Positions 1 to 9,399 of a stretch of 35,603 nt of DNA are shown piece by piece (within the stretch, counting starts at the first letter, position 1; each line of letters begins with the position of its first letter). Source of the stretch: Candidatus Aminicenantes bacterium. GTDB lineage: Bacteria > Acidobacteriota > Aminicenantia > S016-38. The notes below the pieces were generated by a model, which made no database searches, had not been told where the DNA came from, and saw nothing but the letters and a program-made list of their open reading frames with translations. Location of the stretch: contig JAMOUL010000219.1 of NCBI GenBank assembly GCA_027062035.1, positions 1-35,603 on the forward strand. Reading direction: 5' to 3'. The translations under genes and the position numbers were made by a program.

Positions 1-146
1 GTCTCTTCGGAATTGCTCTTATAATTTTCAAGAGAAAAAGTTTCTCGAGCATGTTACCATACGGGGTATTTCTGGCTATAGCTGCCTGGACAATTTATGT
101 TTTTAAGATAGACCTTTTTAAAATTTATATGGGATTCTGGCGGTGA
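1..146 (+). CDS. pilD: Prepilin peptidase (A24/PilD-GspO family), C-terminal fragment; 5' end lies outside the window
   Basis: Frame 3 is open from the window edge to TGA 144-146. It translates to LFGIALIIFKRKSFSSMLPYGVFLAIAAWTIYVFKIDLFKIYMGFWR, hydrophobic helices whose 'LPYGVFLA' resembles the conserved C-terminal 'PFGPFLA' of prepilin peptidases. It is absent from the ORF track because it has no start codon. Its stop overlaps the GTG of the next gene (GTGA). Confidence 0.5.
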   Translation, partial: LFGIALIIFKRKSFSSMLPYGVFLAIAAWTIYVFKIDLFKIYMGFWR

Positions 147-1225
147 GGAGGGTATCTCTTTTATTTATTCTTCTGGTTGTTTTGCTCTGGATGCTCTACG
201 GTTTTTTCCTCATTGTTCAGATAACCCCGGGAATGGACCCTGTGAAACTTCAGGGGCTAAAGAGACTGTGGGGTATAGTTTCTCTAATCTCTTTAATTAT
301 GGTTACCATCCTTGCCCTTCTGGCTTCTCTCGAGAAAGAGAGAAAAAAAGAAGCCTCCATGGATGATATATTAAAACTCGTCTCAGACAGGGGAAGGCAA
401 ACTCGAAAAATAATGGAAGCGATAATTGATAGCCTTCAGAGTCCTGCCTTTGTGGTTGAGAACGGGAAAATTACCTTTGCAAACAGGAGGGCCCTGGATA
501 TTGAATGTGTGGGGAAAGGGATTCTGGATGAGGAGAGTTTGAGGGAAAACTTTTTCCTGGAAAAAATAGAGCTGGATATAAATGGGGGAAAAGCTCATTT
601 ATATTTGTTGCGGGATGTGGAAGAGGAAAGAAGGAAAATCAGGGAAGAGGAAGAGATAAAAAGATTAACCTCCCTGGGTGAAATTGCTTCCTTCCTGTCG
701 CATGAAATTAAAAACTCCCTATCTGTAATTGTGGCATTGATTAAAAGCGGTAAAACCGAGGGGATTCTGGAAGAGGTGGAGGATATCAGAAAGCTTGTGG
801 ACCAGTTTATAGAGGAGGCAAGGCCTCTAAATCCTGTTTTAAGAGAATTGCGCCTGGATAAAAACTTCTTTGGCAGATGGCCTGAAGCAGAGGTTAAGGG
901 TGAAGGTATGATTATGGCAGATCCATATATCCTTGAGCTGATCTTTGAAAACCTTGTGAGAAACTCAAGGGATGCAGGTGCTACCCGTATTGATGTTAAA
1001 ATAAAGGACAGGCATGATAGAGTGGAAGTTGAATATGAAGACAATGGGAAGGGAATAGAACCAGGAGATGAGGAGAGGATATTTTTGCCCTTTCATACAG
1101 GGAAAAAAGGGGGTACCGGACTCGGACTTTCCTTCGTTAAAAAAGCGCTTATCTCCATGGGTGGTAACATTAAAGCAATTTCAAAGAAGGGAGGTGCAAA
1201 ATTCCTGCTAAACCTGAAAAAATAA
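143..1225 (+). CDS. Sensor histidine kinase (2 N-terminal TM helices, PAS-like region, HisKA + HATPase_c); no response regulator adjacent
   Basis: H-box 'SHEIKNSL', N-box 'ENLVRNSRDA', G1 'YEDNGKGI' and G2 'GGTGLGLSFVKK' are present. The N-terminus is hydrophobic. The start is GTG. Confidence 0.9.
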   Translation: MRRVSLLFILLVVLLWMLYGFFLIVQITPGMDPVKLQGLKRLWGIVSLISLIMVTILALLASLEKERKKEASMDDILKLVSDRGRQTRKIMEAIIDSLQSPAFVVENGKITFANRRALDIECVGKGILDEESLRENFFLEKIELDINGGKAHLYLLRDVEEERRKIREEEEIKRLTSLGEIASFLSHEIKNSLSVIVALIKSGKTEGILEEVEDIRKLVDQFIEEARPLNPVLRELRLDKNFFGRWPEAEVKGEGMIMADPYILELIFENLVRNSRDAGATRIDVKIKDRHDRVEVEYEDNGKGIEPGDEERIFLPFHTGKKGGTGLGLSFVKKALISMGGNIKAISKKGGAKFLLNLKK

Positions 1226-1827
1226 TCATCTGCCTTTGCGGAGGAATGGCAACAGGAAAGACCACGGTTCTCAAAGAGTGGAAGAAATTGGGTGCAAAAA
1301 TAATAAGGGCCGATGAGGTGGGACATCAGATCCTTCTTGAGGAGGATGTTAAGGAAGCACTTGTGAGGAAGTTTGGAGAGCAAATCCTTTCCAACGGGAA
1401 GATCGATCGGGATAAACTGGGCAGGAGAGTTTTTGGAGATAGGGAAGCCCTCGATTTCCTGAATAAACTGACCCATCCCAGGATTAATAAAAGGATAGAG
1501 GAAATGTTACGAAAGATGGATGGTGTTATAGTTATTGAGGCGGCTATAGTGTTCGAAATGGGGTTGTATAAACTTTGTGACTATATCGTAGCAACCTACT
1601 GTCCCAGGGAAGAACAGATGACAAGGCTTCTGGAAAAGGGGTTTTCCAGGGAGGAAGCGGAGGCAAGGCTTGCTTCCCAGATGCCACCTGAATACTATGC
1701 AGGCAGATCCCATGTGATAATCTTTACAACGGAGAGTCCTGAGAAAACACTGAAGGATGCAAGGAAAATATATAGATTGTTGACAAAAAAAGGAGGAAGA
1801 GTTGGGTTCCCAAAGAAGCAAAGTTGA
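1201..1827 (+). CDS. coaE: Dephospho-CoA kinase; probable non-canonical ATT start at 1201 (the conservative ATG is at 1246)
   Basis: P-loop 'GGMATGKTT' is present. The frame is open from 1174 and encodes 'KKIIICLCGG' (the beta1 strand) upstream of the first ATG. GGAGGTG at 1190-1196 sits 4 nt before ATT 1201, the same spacing as at hutU. Confidence 0.8.
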   Translation: MPAKPEKIIICLCGGMATGKTTVLKEWKKLGAKIIRADEVGHQILLEEDVKEALVRKFGEQILSNGKIDRDKLGRRVFGDREALDFLNKLTHPRINKRIEEMLRKMDGVIVIEAAIVFEMGLYKLCDYIVATYCPREEQMTRLLEKGFSREEAEARLASQMPPEYYAGRSHVIIFTTESPEKTLKDARKIYRLLTKKGGRVGFPKKQS

Positions 1828-2443
1828 AGTAAAGGGCTTTGAAGCGAAGCACTATGATCTTCTGATGGGCCTTTTGACCCTGGGGCAGTATAACAGATGG
1901 ATAAGAAAGGCTGTGAGAGATACGGGTGCAGGGAAGGGATGGAACGTGGCTGAGCTGGGGAGTGGAACGGGCATCGCTGCCTGTGAGTTTTCCCGGTTGA
2001 TAGGAGAAGGTCGATACATAGGTCTGGATATTGGTGAGGAAATGATGATGAAGGCGGAGAAAAGATGCAGAAAAAGAAGTAATGTGGAGTTTATTAAGCA
2101 GAGGATAGAACAGCCCTTTAAACTTCCGTTTCAGGCGGATCTTTTCTTTATGTCCTTTGTGATGCATGGCCTTGAAAACCCTGATAAAGAAAAGGTACTC
2201 GAGAATGTAAGGAAAAATTTGCAGGAAGGAGGACTTTTCGGTGTTCTGGACTATTCCCAGATGAAGTATTCAGAGGCTTTCTGGCTCGCGAGGTGGATTA
2301 TCTGGAAACTGGAATGTCCTCTGGCCGGAGAGTTTGCTGAAATGGGATTTCCCGGGTTTGTAGAATCCAGAGGATTTAAACTTTTGAAGGTAAATAAGTA
2401 TTTTCGGGGAATGTTTTCCCTTTATCTTTTTAAGAAGGTGTAA
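1802..2443 (+). CDS. Class I SAM-dependent methyltransferase (UbiE/type-11-like)
   Basis: Motif I 'VAELGSGTGIAA' is present, and 'FEAKHYDLL...WIRKAV' is typical of UbiE-like N-termini. The start is TTG, 5 nt after AGGAGG (1791-1796). Confidence 0.8.
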   Translation: MGSQRSKVEVKGFEAKHYDLLMGLLTLGQYNRWIRKAVRDTGAGKGWNVAELGSGTGIAACEFSRLIGEGRYIGLDIGEEMMMKAEKRCRKRSNVEFIKQRIEQPFKLPFQADLFFMSFVMHGLENPDKEKVLENVRKNLQEGGLFGVLDYSQMKYSEAFWLARWIIWKLECPLAGEFAEMGFPGFVESRGFKLLKVNKYFRGMFSLYLFKKV

Positions 2444-2455
2444 TACTTTCTGTTT

Positions 2456-3142
2456 TTGAAGGACAAAAATCTCTGTGGTATACTTTTGCACGTGAGAAAA
2501 TTCGCCAAATATCTGGAGATAGCAGCGGATACGCTGTTTTTCGTTTTCTTTGTTCAGGCCTTTGTAGTACAGGCCTTTGTGGTACCCACATCCTCCATGG
2601 AAGATACCCTGCTCATTGGTGATCACCTTCTTGTAAATAAGCTGTATTACGCACCCTATTCCAGCAAAATAGAGAAGTTCATTTTACCCATTGGAGACGT
2701 TAAAAGAGGAGACATAGTGGTTTTCAGGTTCCCGAAGGACCCCAGATTTGACTACGTAAAAAGGGTTATCGGGCTACCAGGGGATGTTGTGGAAGTACTG
2801 GAAGGACATGCATATGTGAACGGAAAACTCATTGATGGTCCCTACGTGAGATTTAAACCCACCCCATACAAGCCTCCGGACTTTGGTCCAATAAAGGTGC
2901 CAGAAGGACACCTTTTCGTTATGGGGGATAATAGAAATAATTCCTATGATTCCAGGTTCTGGGGATTTCTTCCGATGAATCATCTGCGTGGAAGACCCTG
3001 GTTCATATACTGGAGTCTCAGAAAATCAACCAAGGAATATTCCTTCCCAACCATTTTCCACTGGATGTGGGGCATGGTCAAGTCTATAGTGGAAACTCCA
3101 TTCAGAACCAGATGGAAGAGAATTTTAACCATACCCCATTGA
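2456..3142 (+). CDS. lepB: Signal peptidase I
   Basis: The S26 motifs are present: 'PTSSMEDTL' (Ser nucleophile), 'VKRVIGLPGD' and 'GDNRNNSYDSRFWG'. The start is uncertain; TTG 2456 is taken, with GTG 2492 as an alternative. Confidence 0.88.
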   Translation: MKDKNLCGILLHVRKFAKYLEIAADTLFFVFFVQAFVVQAFVVPTSSMEDTLLIGDHLLVNKLYYAPYSSKIEKFILPIGDVKRGDIVVFRFPKDPRFDYVKRVIGLPGDVVEVLEGHAYVNGKLIDGPYVRFKPTPYKPPDFGPIKVPEGHLFVMGDNRNNSYDSRFWGFLPMNHLRGRPWFIYWSLRKSTKEYSFPTIFHWMWGMVKSIVETPFRTRWKRILTIPH

Positions 3143-3618
3143 TCCGCTTAAAACAAATTGGAAGGATAAGAACTCCATATAATAGAAAAGCTCCCTATCA
3201 ACCAATTGATGAAGAAGGAGTCTTTTACCTTGAACTTTTCCCCGAATACGTGGAGGGTCTTGAGAGTATTGAAACCTTTAAATACATATATGTTATTTTC
3301 TTTATGGATAGAGCAAAGCCCGCAGAACTTATAGTAGAACCACCATGGGCAGAGGGAAAGAAGGTGGGGGTTTTTGCCTCAAGGTCCCCATCAAGACCAA
3401 ATCCCATAGGGTTAAGCGTGGTGAGGCTTTTGAAGATAGAGGACAACAGAGTATACATATCAGCAATAGACGCTCTTGATGGTACTCCTCTCCTGGATAT
3501 CAAACCCTACGTGAAGCATCTCGATTCAAAGGAAGATGCAAATCTTGGATGGGCAGGAGATGTCCGGGATAAGGACCATCTTATTCTTCATTTGAAGGGA
3601 ATTCCCCACGATTTTTGA
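3112..3618 (+). CDS. trmO: tRNA (N6-threonylcarbamoyl-A37) methyltransferase TrmO/TsaA (YaeB family)
   Basis: 'IGRIRTPY', 'RSPSRPNPIGLSVVRLL' and 'DGTPLLDIKPY' are present. The ORF is open from 3067; ATG 3112 was chosen because it gives the usual short N-terminus before the 'IG.IR.P' motif. Confidence 0.8.
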   Translation: MEENFNHTPLIRLKQIGRIRTPYNRKAPYQPIDEEGVFYLELFPEYVEGLESIETFKYIYVIFFMDRAKPAELIVEPPWAEGKKVGVFASRSPSRPNPIGLSVVRLLKIEDNRVYISAIDALDGTPLLDIKPYVKHLDSKEDANLGWAGDVRDKDHLILHLKGIPHDF

Positions 3619-3642
3619 GTATAATATCAGTGGAGGTGAACT

Positions 3643-3990
3643 TTGAGAGTTATGAATTTGAGAAAAATTGATGTTTTGAAAGCAGGATTCGTTTCCGCCG
3701 TTCTTTATTTTATTATGGGCCTTTTAATTGTCCTGCTTTACGGCGCAATAGGTATGGCAATAATAAGGAGGGTAAACCCTGGACTTGCAGCTCTCGGGGT
3801 GGTTCTTATTATTTTAATTCCCTTAATTTATGCAGCTATAGGTTTTGTTATAGGTCTAATCTTTGCCTTGCTTTTGAACCTCTCCCTATCCATAATAAAG
3901 GGATTGCCTCTGTATTTTGAAGAAGAAACTCAGGTAGAAGGAAAGGAGGTGAGCAATGAAATACAGCCCAGTGAAAGCACCGAGGGGTAG
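3643..3990 (+). CDS. Small integral membrane protein, unknown function (about 3 TM helices, acidic C-terminal tail)
   Basis: The start is TTG, 4 nt after GGAGGTG (3632-3638). The protein is strongly hydrophobic. Its 3' end overlaps the hutU start by 35 nt. Confidence 0.6.
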   Translation: MRVMNLRKIDVLKAGFVSAVLYFIMGLLIVLLYGAIGMAIIRRVNPGLAALGVVLIILIPLIYAAIGFVIGLIFALLLNLSLSIIKGLPLYFEEETQVEGKEVSNEIQPSESTEG

Positions 3991-5641
3991 CCAGCTTTCT
4001 GCAAAAAGCTGGCACCAGGAAGCAGCTATAAGGATGCTGCTCAATAATCTGGACCCGGAAGTTGGAGAAGACCCGGAAAACCTTATCGTTTATGGAGGAA
4101 CAGGGAAAGCAGCAAGAAGCTGGGAAGCAGTATGGGCAATAATTGACACCCTCAAAAACCTTGAGAACGATGAAACTCTTCTGGTTCAGTCAGGAAAACC
4201 TGTAGGGGTTTTCAAAACCCATGAATGGGCTCCCAGGGTGATAATTGCCAATTCGAACCTCGTTCCTAAATGGGCTACCTGGGAACATTTTCATCATCTC
4301 GAAAAACTGGGACTAATAATGTATGGACAGATGACCGCAGGTTCCTGGATTTATATTGGAACCCAGGGAATTCTTCAGGGAACCTATGAAACCTTTGCTG
4401 CAGCAGGAAGAATCCGGTTCGGGCTTAATGATCTAAGGGGAAAGCTTATTGTTTCAGGAGGATGTGGGGGAATGAGTGGAGCCCAGCCTCTTGCTGCCAC
4501 CATGAACAATGCCACGTACCTTGCAGCAGAGGTGGTTGAGGAAAGGGCCCGGAAGAGGATTAGAACAAAATATCTTGATGAAATAGAGCATAATCTTGAT
4601 GCTGCTATAGATAGGGCGCTGGAGTACAAAGAGAAGGGTATTGCAAAAAGTATAGTCTGGATAGGTAATGTGGTGGACCTTCTCCAGCGACTCGTTGATA
4701 GAGGCGTAACCCCTGATCTCCTTACGGATCAGACCTCTGCCCATGATCCGCTCAATGGATATATTCCCGAAGACCTTACCTATGAGGAGGCTCTGGAATT
4801 GAGAAGTAAGGATCCGGAAGAGTATCAGAAAAGGTCCTTTAAGACCATGGCAAAACATGTGAAGCTAATGATAGAACTGCAGAACCGCGGCGCAGAGACC
4901 TTTGACTACGGAAACAACCTTCGTGGAAATGCCCTTGCAGGAGGTTTTGTAAAGGAAGAAGAGGTCAAAAATCCTGATGGAACATGGAAGTATCCCGGTT
5001 TTGTTCCCGCTTATATAAGACCGCTGTTCTGTGAAGGCCAGGGCCCCTTCCGCTGGGCAGCCCTCTCCGGCGATCCTGAGGATATATACACCATAGATGA
5101 GGAACTTATGAAGCTTTTCCCTGAAAAGGAGCACCTTGTCCGCTGGCTTAAGCTCGCAAGGGAAAGAATAGCCTTTCAGGGTCTTCCCGCAAGGATTTGC
5201 TGGCTCGGTTATGGAGAGAGGGATAAGGCAGGGCTTCTCTTTAATAGACTCGTTAGAGAGGGTAAGGTTAAGGCTCCTATAGTGATAGGAAGGGATCATC
5301 TTGACACCGGTTCCGTGGCCTCTCCAAACAGGGAAACCGAAGCCATGAAGGATGGTTCCGATGCCATCGCCGATTGGCCTCTTCTTAATTTTGCCCTCAA
5401 TGCAGTGAGTGGAGCCTCATGGGTGAGTTTCCACCACGGAGGAGGAGTGGGAATAGGCTACTCCCTCCATGCAGGTCAGGTAATAGTGGCAGACGGAAGT
5501 GAGATGATGGATGTGAGGTTGAAGAGAGTTCTTACCAATGACCCTGGTATTGGAGTTGCCCGCCATGCAGATGCGGGGTATGAGGAGGCTATAGAATTTG
5601 CCAGGAAGGCAGGCATTAAGATTCCCATGCTCAAATCTTGA
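3956..5641 (+). CDS. hutU: Urocanate hydratase (urocanase)
   Basis: The 561-aa protein has '[27 protein letters not shown]', '[13 protein letters not shown]' and '[18 protein letters not shown]', a full-length urocanase pattern. GGAGGTG lies 4 nt before the ATG. Confidence 0.92.
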   Translation: MKYSPVKAPRGSQLSAKSWHQEAAIRMLLNNLDPEVGEDPENLIVYGGTGKAARSWEAVWAIIDTLKNLENDETLLVQSGKPVGVFKTHEWAPRVIIANSNLVPKWATWEHFHHLEKLGLIMYGQMTAGSWIYIGTQGILQGTYETFAAAGRIRFGLNDLRGKLIVSGGCGGMSGAQPLAATMNNATYLAAEVVEERARKRIRTKYLDEIEHNLDAAIDRALEYKEKGIAKSIVWIGNVVDLLQRLVDRGVTPDLLTDQTSAHDPLNGYIPEDLTYEEALELRSKDPEEYQKRSFKTMAKHVKLMIELQNRGAETFDYGNNLRGNALAGGFVKEEEVKNPDGTWKYPGFVPAYIRPLFCEGQGPFRWAALSGDPEDIYTIDEELMKLFPEKEHLVRWLKLARERIAFQGLPARICWLGYGERDKAGLLFNRLVREGKVKAPIVIGRDHLDTGSVASPNRETEAMKDGSDAIADWPLLNFALNAVSGASWVSFHHGGGVGIGYSLHAGQVIVADGSEMMDVRLKRVLTNDPGIGVARHADAGYEEAIEFARKAGIKIPMLKS

Positions 5642-5697
5642 AGTCTGTGTAACAATTGGGATAAAATTTTATTGACTAAAAAAGTAAAGGGGGTAAT

Positions 5698-6450
5698 ATG
5701 TCAGGACACTCCAAATGGCATTCTATTAGGCACAAAAAAGCTGTAGTAGATGCTAAGAGAGGAAAACTCTTTACAAAGCTCATAAGGGAAATTATTATCG
5801 CTGCAAAGATGGGCGGCGGTGACCCCGATAAGAACCCAAGACTCAGAAAGGCCATCGAAGCTGCAAGGGATGCCAATATGCCCAAGGATAATATAGAGCG
5901 TGCCATAAAGAAGGGAACAGGGGAACTCGAAGGAGAAAAGTTTGAGGAAATTACCTATGAGGGTTATGGTCCCGGGGGCGTGGCTGTGTTCGTTGAGGCC
6001 ACGACAGATAATAGAAACAGAACCGCCTCTGAAATAAGGAGGATCTTTTCCAAACACGGTGGAAACCTTGGAGAAAGCGGTTGTGTTGCATGGATGTTTA
6101 AGAGGAAGGGATACATAGTTGTTGAGAAATCCAAGGCTCCATCTGAAGAGGAACTTTTTGATATTGCGGTAGAAGCAGGAGCCGATGATGTCAAGGATGA
6201 TGAAAGTAATTTCGTAATACTTACTGCACCTGAGGACCTTTTTGAAGTTGTAAAGGCCCTTGAAGAAAAGGGAATAGAGATTGCGACAAAGGAACTGGGT
6301 ATGATCCCCGATACCTATGTAAAGCTTGAAGGCAAAGAAGCACAACAGATGTTAAAACTTATGGAAGAACTGGAAGACCACGATGATGTCCAGCACGTAT
6401 GGGCGAATTTTGATATCCCCGAAGAGGAAATCGAGAAGTTTTCTGAATGA
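5698..6450 (+). CDS. YebC/PmpR family DNA-binding transcriptional regulator
   Basis: The N-terminus '[15 protein letters not shown]' and '[12 protein letters not shown]' are present. The gene has the classic position upstream of ruvC. Confidence 0.93.
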   Translation: MSGHSKWHSIRHKKAVVDAKRGKLFTKLIREIIIAAKMGGGDPDKNPRLRKAIEAARDANMPKDNIERAIKKGTGELEGEKFEEITYEGYGPGGVAVFVEATTDNRNRTASEIRRIFSKHGGNLGESGCVAWMFKRKGYIVVEKSKAPSEEELFDIAVEAGADDVKDDESNFVILTAPEDLFEVVKALEEKGIEIATKELGMIPDTYVKLEGKEAQQMLKLMEELEDHDDVQHVWANFDIPEEEIEKFSE

Positions 6451-6911
6451 GGATTTTAGGGGTTGACCCCGGTTTGAGGATAACAGGTTATGCCCTGCTT
6501 GAAGATATGAAACTCGTTGAGTGGGGGAGAATATCCATGTCCGGAGACTGGAAGGAGTCCCTTCTGAGGATAACTGAAACGTTACAGAAGAAATTAAAGG
6601 AATTCAGGCCTGATGAGATTGCCATGGAATCTTCCTTTACTGGAATAAATCCATCTTCCTCCATAAAAATTGCTCATCTCAGGGGAGCAATAATTTACAT
6701 GGCCATGAAAAATGGGCTCAGGGTATTTGACTATTCTCCATCCCGTGTAAAAAAATCGATAACAGGGAGGGGCAATGCATCCAAGAGGGAGGTGAGAACC
6801 TTTATAGGCAGAATTTTCGGGGAAGTGGAGGGGTTCGACGAGGCGGATGCGGTTGCAGTAGCCTTTACCCATTATCTTGCGAGGCAACATGATAGAGAGA
6901 TTGAAGGGTAG
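6447..6911 (+). CDS. ruvC: Crossover junction endodeoxyribonuclease RuvC
   Basis: '[14 protein letters not shown]' and 'DEADAVAVA' are present. The start overlaps the yebC stop (ATGA). Confidence 0.92.
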   Translation: MRILGVDPGLRITGYALLEDMKLVEWGRISMSGDWKESLLRITETLQKKLKEFRPDEIAMESSFTGINPSSSIKIAHLRGAIIYMAMKNGLRVFDYSPSRVKKSITGRGNASKREVRTFIGRIFGEVEGFDEADAVAVAFTHYLARQHDREIEG

Positions 6912-7437
6912 AGTAATAGAGAAGGGGGCAGATTGGGCGATAATACAGGTTGGAGGTGTGGGTTTTCTTGTTAAGGCAACTTCTTCTGCGCTTCAACGAC
7001 TTTCTGTGGGTGAGGAGGGGGAAATTTTTACCCATTTTCTGATAAAGGATGATGAACCAATTTTGCTGGGTTTTTTTTCGAAGGAGGAGAGGGAAGTTTT
7101 TAAAAAATTGCTGAGCGTTTCTGGAATAGGTCCCAAAACCGCCATGGCTCTTCTTTCAACCATAGGAATAGAAGGATTTCTCGAAGCGGTTGAGAAGGAC
7201 GATGTTGGAGCCCTGAGCAGGGTTCCTGGAATAGGAAAGAAGGGGGCTTCAAGGATAATCGTTGAAATGAAAAACTTTCTTCCTTCCCGGGGCACGGAAA
7301 GCGAAAGGGAGATAATTTCAGCCCTTCTAAACCTGGGTTTCAAAAGATCGGAGGTGGAAGCAGTTGTCAGAGAAATTTCGGGTAAAGGACTTTCCGTTGA
7401 GGATGCCATAAAGGAAGCGCTGAGGAGGTTATCCTGA
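6889..7437 (+). CDS. ruvA: Holliday junction branch migration complex subunit RuvA
   Basis: The canonical N-terminus 'MIERLKGRV' is present, with HhH motifs '[13 protein letters not shown]' and '[12 protein letters not shown]'. The ORF track start at 6877 would add 4 residues. Confidence 0.9.
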   Translation: MIERLKGRVIEKGADWAIIQVGGVGFLVKATSSALQRLSVGEEGEIFTHFLIKDDEPILLGFFSKEEREVFKKLLSVSGIGPKTAMALLSTIGIEGFLEAVEKDDVGALSRVPGIGKKGASRIIVEMKNFLPSRGTESEREIISALLNLGFKRSEVEAVVREISGKGLSVEDAIKEALRRLS

Positions 7438-8432
7438 TGGAAATCCTTTCTCCCAGAAGGCTCGAAGGAGAAGATGTATTTGAGCGTAGCCTGAGACCAA
7501 GAAGTTTTTCTGAATTTATAGGCCAGAAGAACGTTGTTTCCAATCTCAGGGTTTATGTTTTTGCTGCTGCAAAGAGGGGCGAACCTCTTGATCATGTTTT
7601 GCTTCATGGTCCTGCCGGTCTTGGAAAAACGACCCTTGCCATGATAATCGCGAGGGAAATGGGGGCAAGATTGAGGGTGACCTCAGGACCTGCCATAGAG
7701 CGTCCCGGAGACCTTGCTTCCATACTTTCCACCCTTGAGAAGGGTGATGTTCTCTTCATAGATGAAATACACAGGCTTCATCCCTCGGTGGAAGAGGTTT
7801 TGTATCCTGCCATGGAGGATTTTTCCCTGGATATAGTGGTGGGGAAGGGGGCTGGTGCCAGAGACATAAGAATAAAACTTTCACCCTTTACCCTTATTGG
7901 AGCCACGACGAGATTCGCCCGACTCACTTCTCCTTTGAGAAGCAGGTTTGGAATTATAGAGAGGATAGATTTTTATCCCGAAGATGAAATGAAGGAAATA
8001 ATAGAAAGGAGTTGTCGAATTCTGGGAATAGAAATAGAAAATGACGCAAGAGATGAAATAGCCGCCCGATCCCGCGGAACCCCGAGGATTGCCAACCGAC
8101 TTCTTCGGAGAATAAGGGACTTTGCAGAGGTTGAAGGGGATGGAAGGATCACCGGCGAGATAGCCAGAAATGCGCTTGAAAGGTTGAGAATAGACCAGTA
8201 CGGTCTGGATGAAACAGAGCGTAGAATACTGAGAATAATTATCGAAGACTTTGGCGGTGGACCTGTGGGACTTAAGACCCTTGCAGCTGCCATAAAGGAG
8301 GAGGGAGAAACTATCGAGGAGGTCCACGAACCTTATCTTATTCAAAAGGGTTTTCTTGCTCGTACCCCCAGAGGACGCGTGGCTACAGAAAAGGCCTTCA
8401 AATTGTTCTCCCCTGATAGCACCCTGTTTTAA
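7437..8432 (+). CDS. ruvB: Holliday junction branch migration DNA helicase RuvB
   Basis: Walker A '[11 protein letters not shown]', Walker B '[10 protein letters not shown]' and '[16 protein letters not shown]' are present. Confidence 0.95.
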   Translation: MEILSPRRLEGEDVFERSLRPRSFSEFIGQKNVVSNLRVYVFAAAKRGEPLDHVLLHGPAGLGKTTLAMIIAREMGARLRVTSGPAIERPGDLASILSTLEKGDVLFIDEIHRLHPSVEEVLYPAMEDFSLDIVVGKGAGARDIRIKLSPFTLIGATTRFARLTSPLRSRFGIIERIDFYPEDEMKEIIERSCRILGIEIENDARDEIAARSRGTPRIANRLLRRIRDFAEVEGDGRITGEIARNALERLRIDQYGLDETERRILRIIIEDFGGGPVGLKTLAAAIKEEGETIEEVHEPYLIQKGFLARTPRGRVATEKAFKLFSPDSTLF

Positions 8433-8454
8433 GAGAGCAATTTTTATGATAATT

Positions 8455-8484
8455 TTGAACTTTTCACGCTTTGCTGTGTAAAAT
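8455..8484 (+). promoter_or_regulatory. Candidate sigma70-type promoter for the MscS-family gene (leaderless geometry)
   Basis: TTGAAC (8455-8460), then an 18-nt spacer, then TAAAAT (8479-8484), then 6 nt, then GTG 8491. There is no SD in between. Confidence 0.4.
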
Positions 8485-8490
8485 ATCACT

Positions 8491-9399
8491 GTGGATAAAT
8501 TAAAGGAACTGTTAGGATCCTCTATTTTTACTCAGGGGGAGTTTCAGATAAAGGTGGCCTTTTCCCTCCTGGTAATTCTTTCCTTTTTTATAATCCATAG
8601 AGTGATTCTTACCTTTCTGAAGCGGAGCAGGAGCGATCCAAGAACCAAGTACAGAATAAGAAAATTATCCGCATATATGTCGTCTTTCCTTGCGGTAGTG
8701 GTAATTCTGTTTCTTTGGGCAGAAAAATTCTCACAGTTTGCGACCATCATCGGATTGCTGTCAGCAGGTCTTGCTATTGCCATGAAGGACATAATAGTGG
8801 ACTGGATGGGCTGGCTGTTTATACTTCTCCGCAGACCCTTTTATCTTGGAGATAGAATCGAAATTGCAGGAACCAGGGGAGACGTTGTGGATATAAGGGT
8901 ATTTCAGTTTTCTCTACTTGAGGTTGGGAACTGGGTGGAGTCTGACCAGTCTACCGGAAGGATAATTCATATTCCGAATAGATATGTGTTTACCCATCAT
9001 CTGATAAACTATAATAACGGATTCGGGTTTATCTGGAATGAGATCCCGGTGCTGATCACCTTCGAAAGCAACTGGAAAAAGGCCAAGAAAATACTTTCCA
9101 CCATAGCGGAGAAACATTCCATTCATTTTTCAGAGGAAGCCAAGGAAGCCCTTAAGAAAAAAATGGCCAGATTTATGATTTATTACAAACATCTTAGCCC
9201 CAGGGTTTTCACATCGGTTAGAGATAGTGGAGTACTTCTTACCATAAGGTATCTTTGCAGACCAAAGAAGCGGAGAATAACAGAGGAGAATATGTGGGAG
9301 GATATCCTCTCCTCTTTCTCCAGGGAAGCCGACATAGATCTCGCCTATCCCACTTACAGGATTTATAGTCCTCAGGAAAAGGAAAAGAATGAACGCTGA
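8491..9399 (+). CDS. Mechanosensitive ion channel, MscS family
   Basis: There are three N-terminal TM helices. 'GDRIEIAGTRGDVVDIRVF' is the typical MscS beta-domain. Confidence 0.85.
   Translation: MDKLKELLGSSIFTQGEFQIKVAFSLLVILSFFIIHRVILTFLKRSRSDPRTKYRIRKLSAYMSSFLAVVVILFLWAEKFSQFATIIGLLSAGLAIAMKDIIVDWMGWLFILLRRPFYLGDRIEIAGTRGDVVDIRVFQFSLLEVGNWVESDQSTGRIIHIPNRYVFTHHLINYNNGFGFIWNEIPVLITFESNWKKAKKILSTIAEKHSIHFSEEAKEALKKKMARFMIYYKHLSPRVFTSVRDSGVLLTIRYLCRPKKRRITEENMWEDILSSFSREADIDLAYPTYRIYSPQEKEKNER

Noticed and set aside
5673-5697. TTGACT-16-TAATAT upstream of yebC as a promoter.
   Set aside because: The -10 candidate overlaps the ATG itself, so a TSS would fall inside the CDS. An AAGGGGG SD at the right spacing indicates a conventional leadered mRNA with its promoter elsewhere, possibly read through from hutU.
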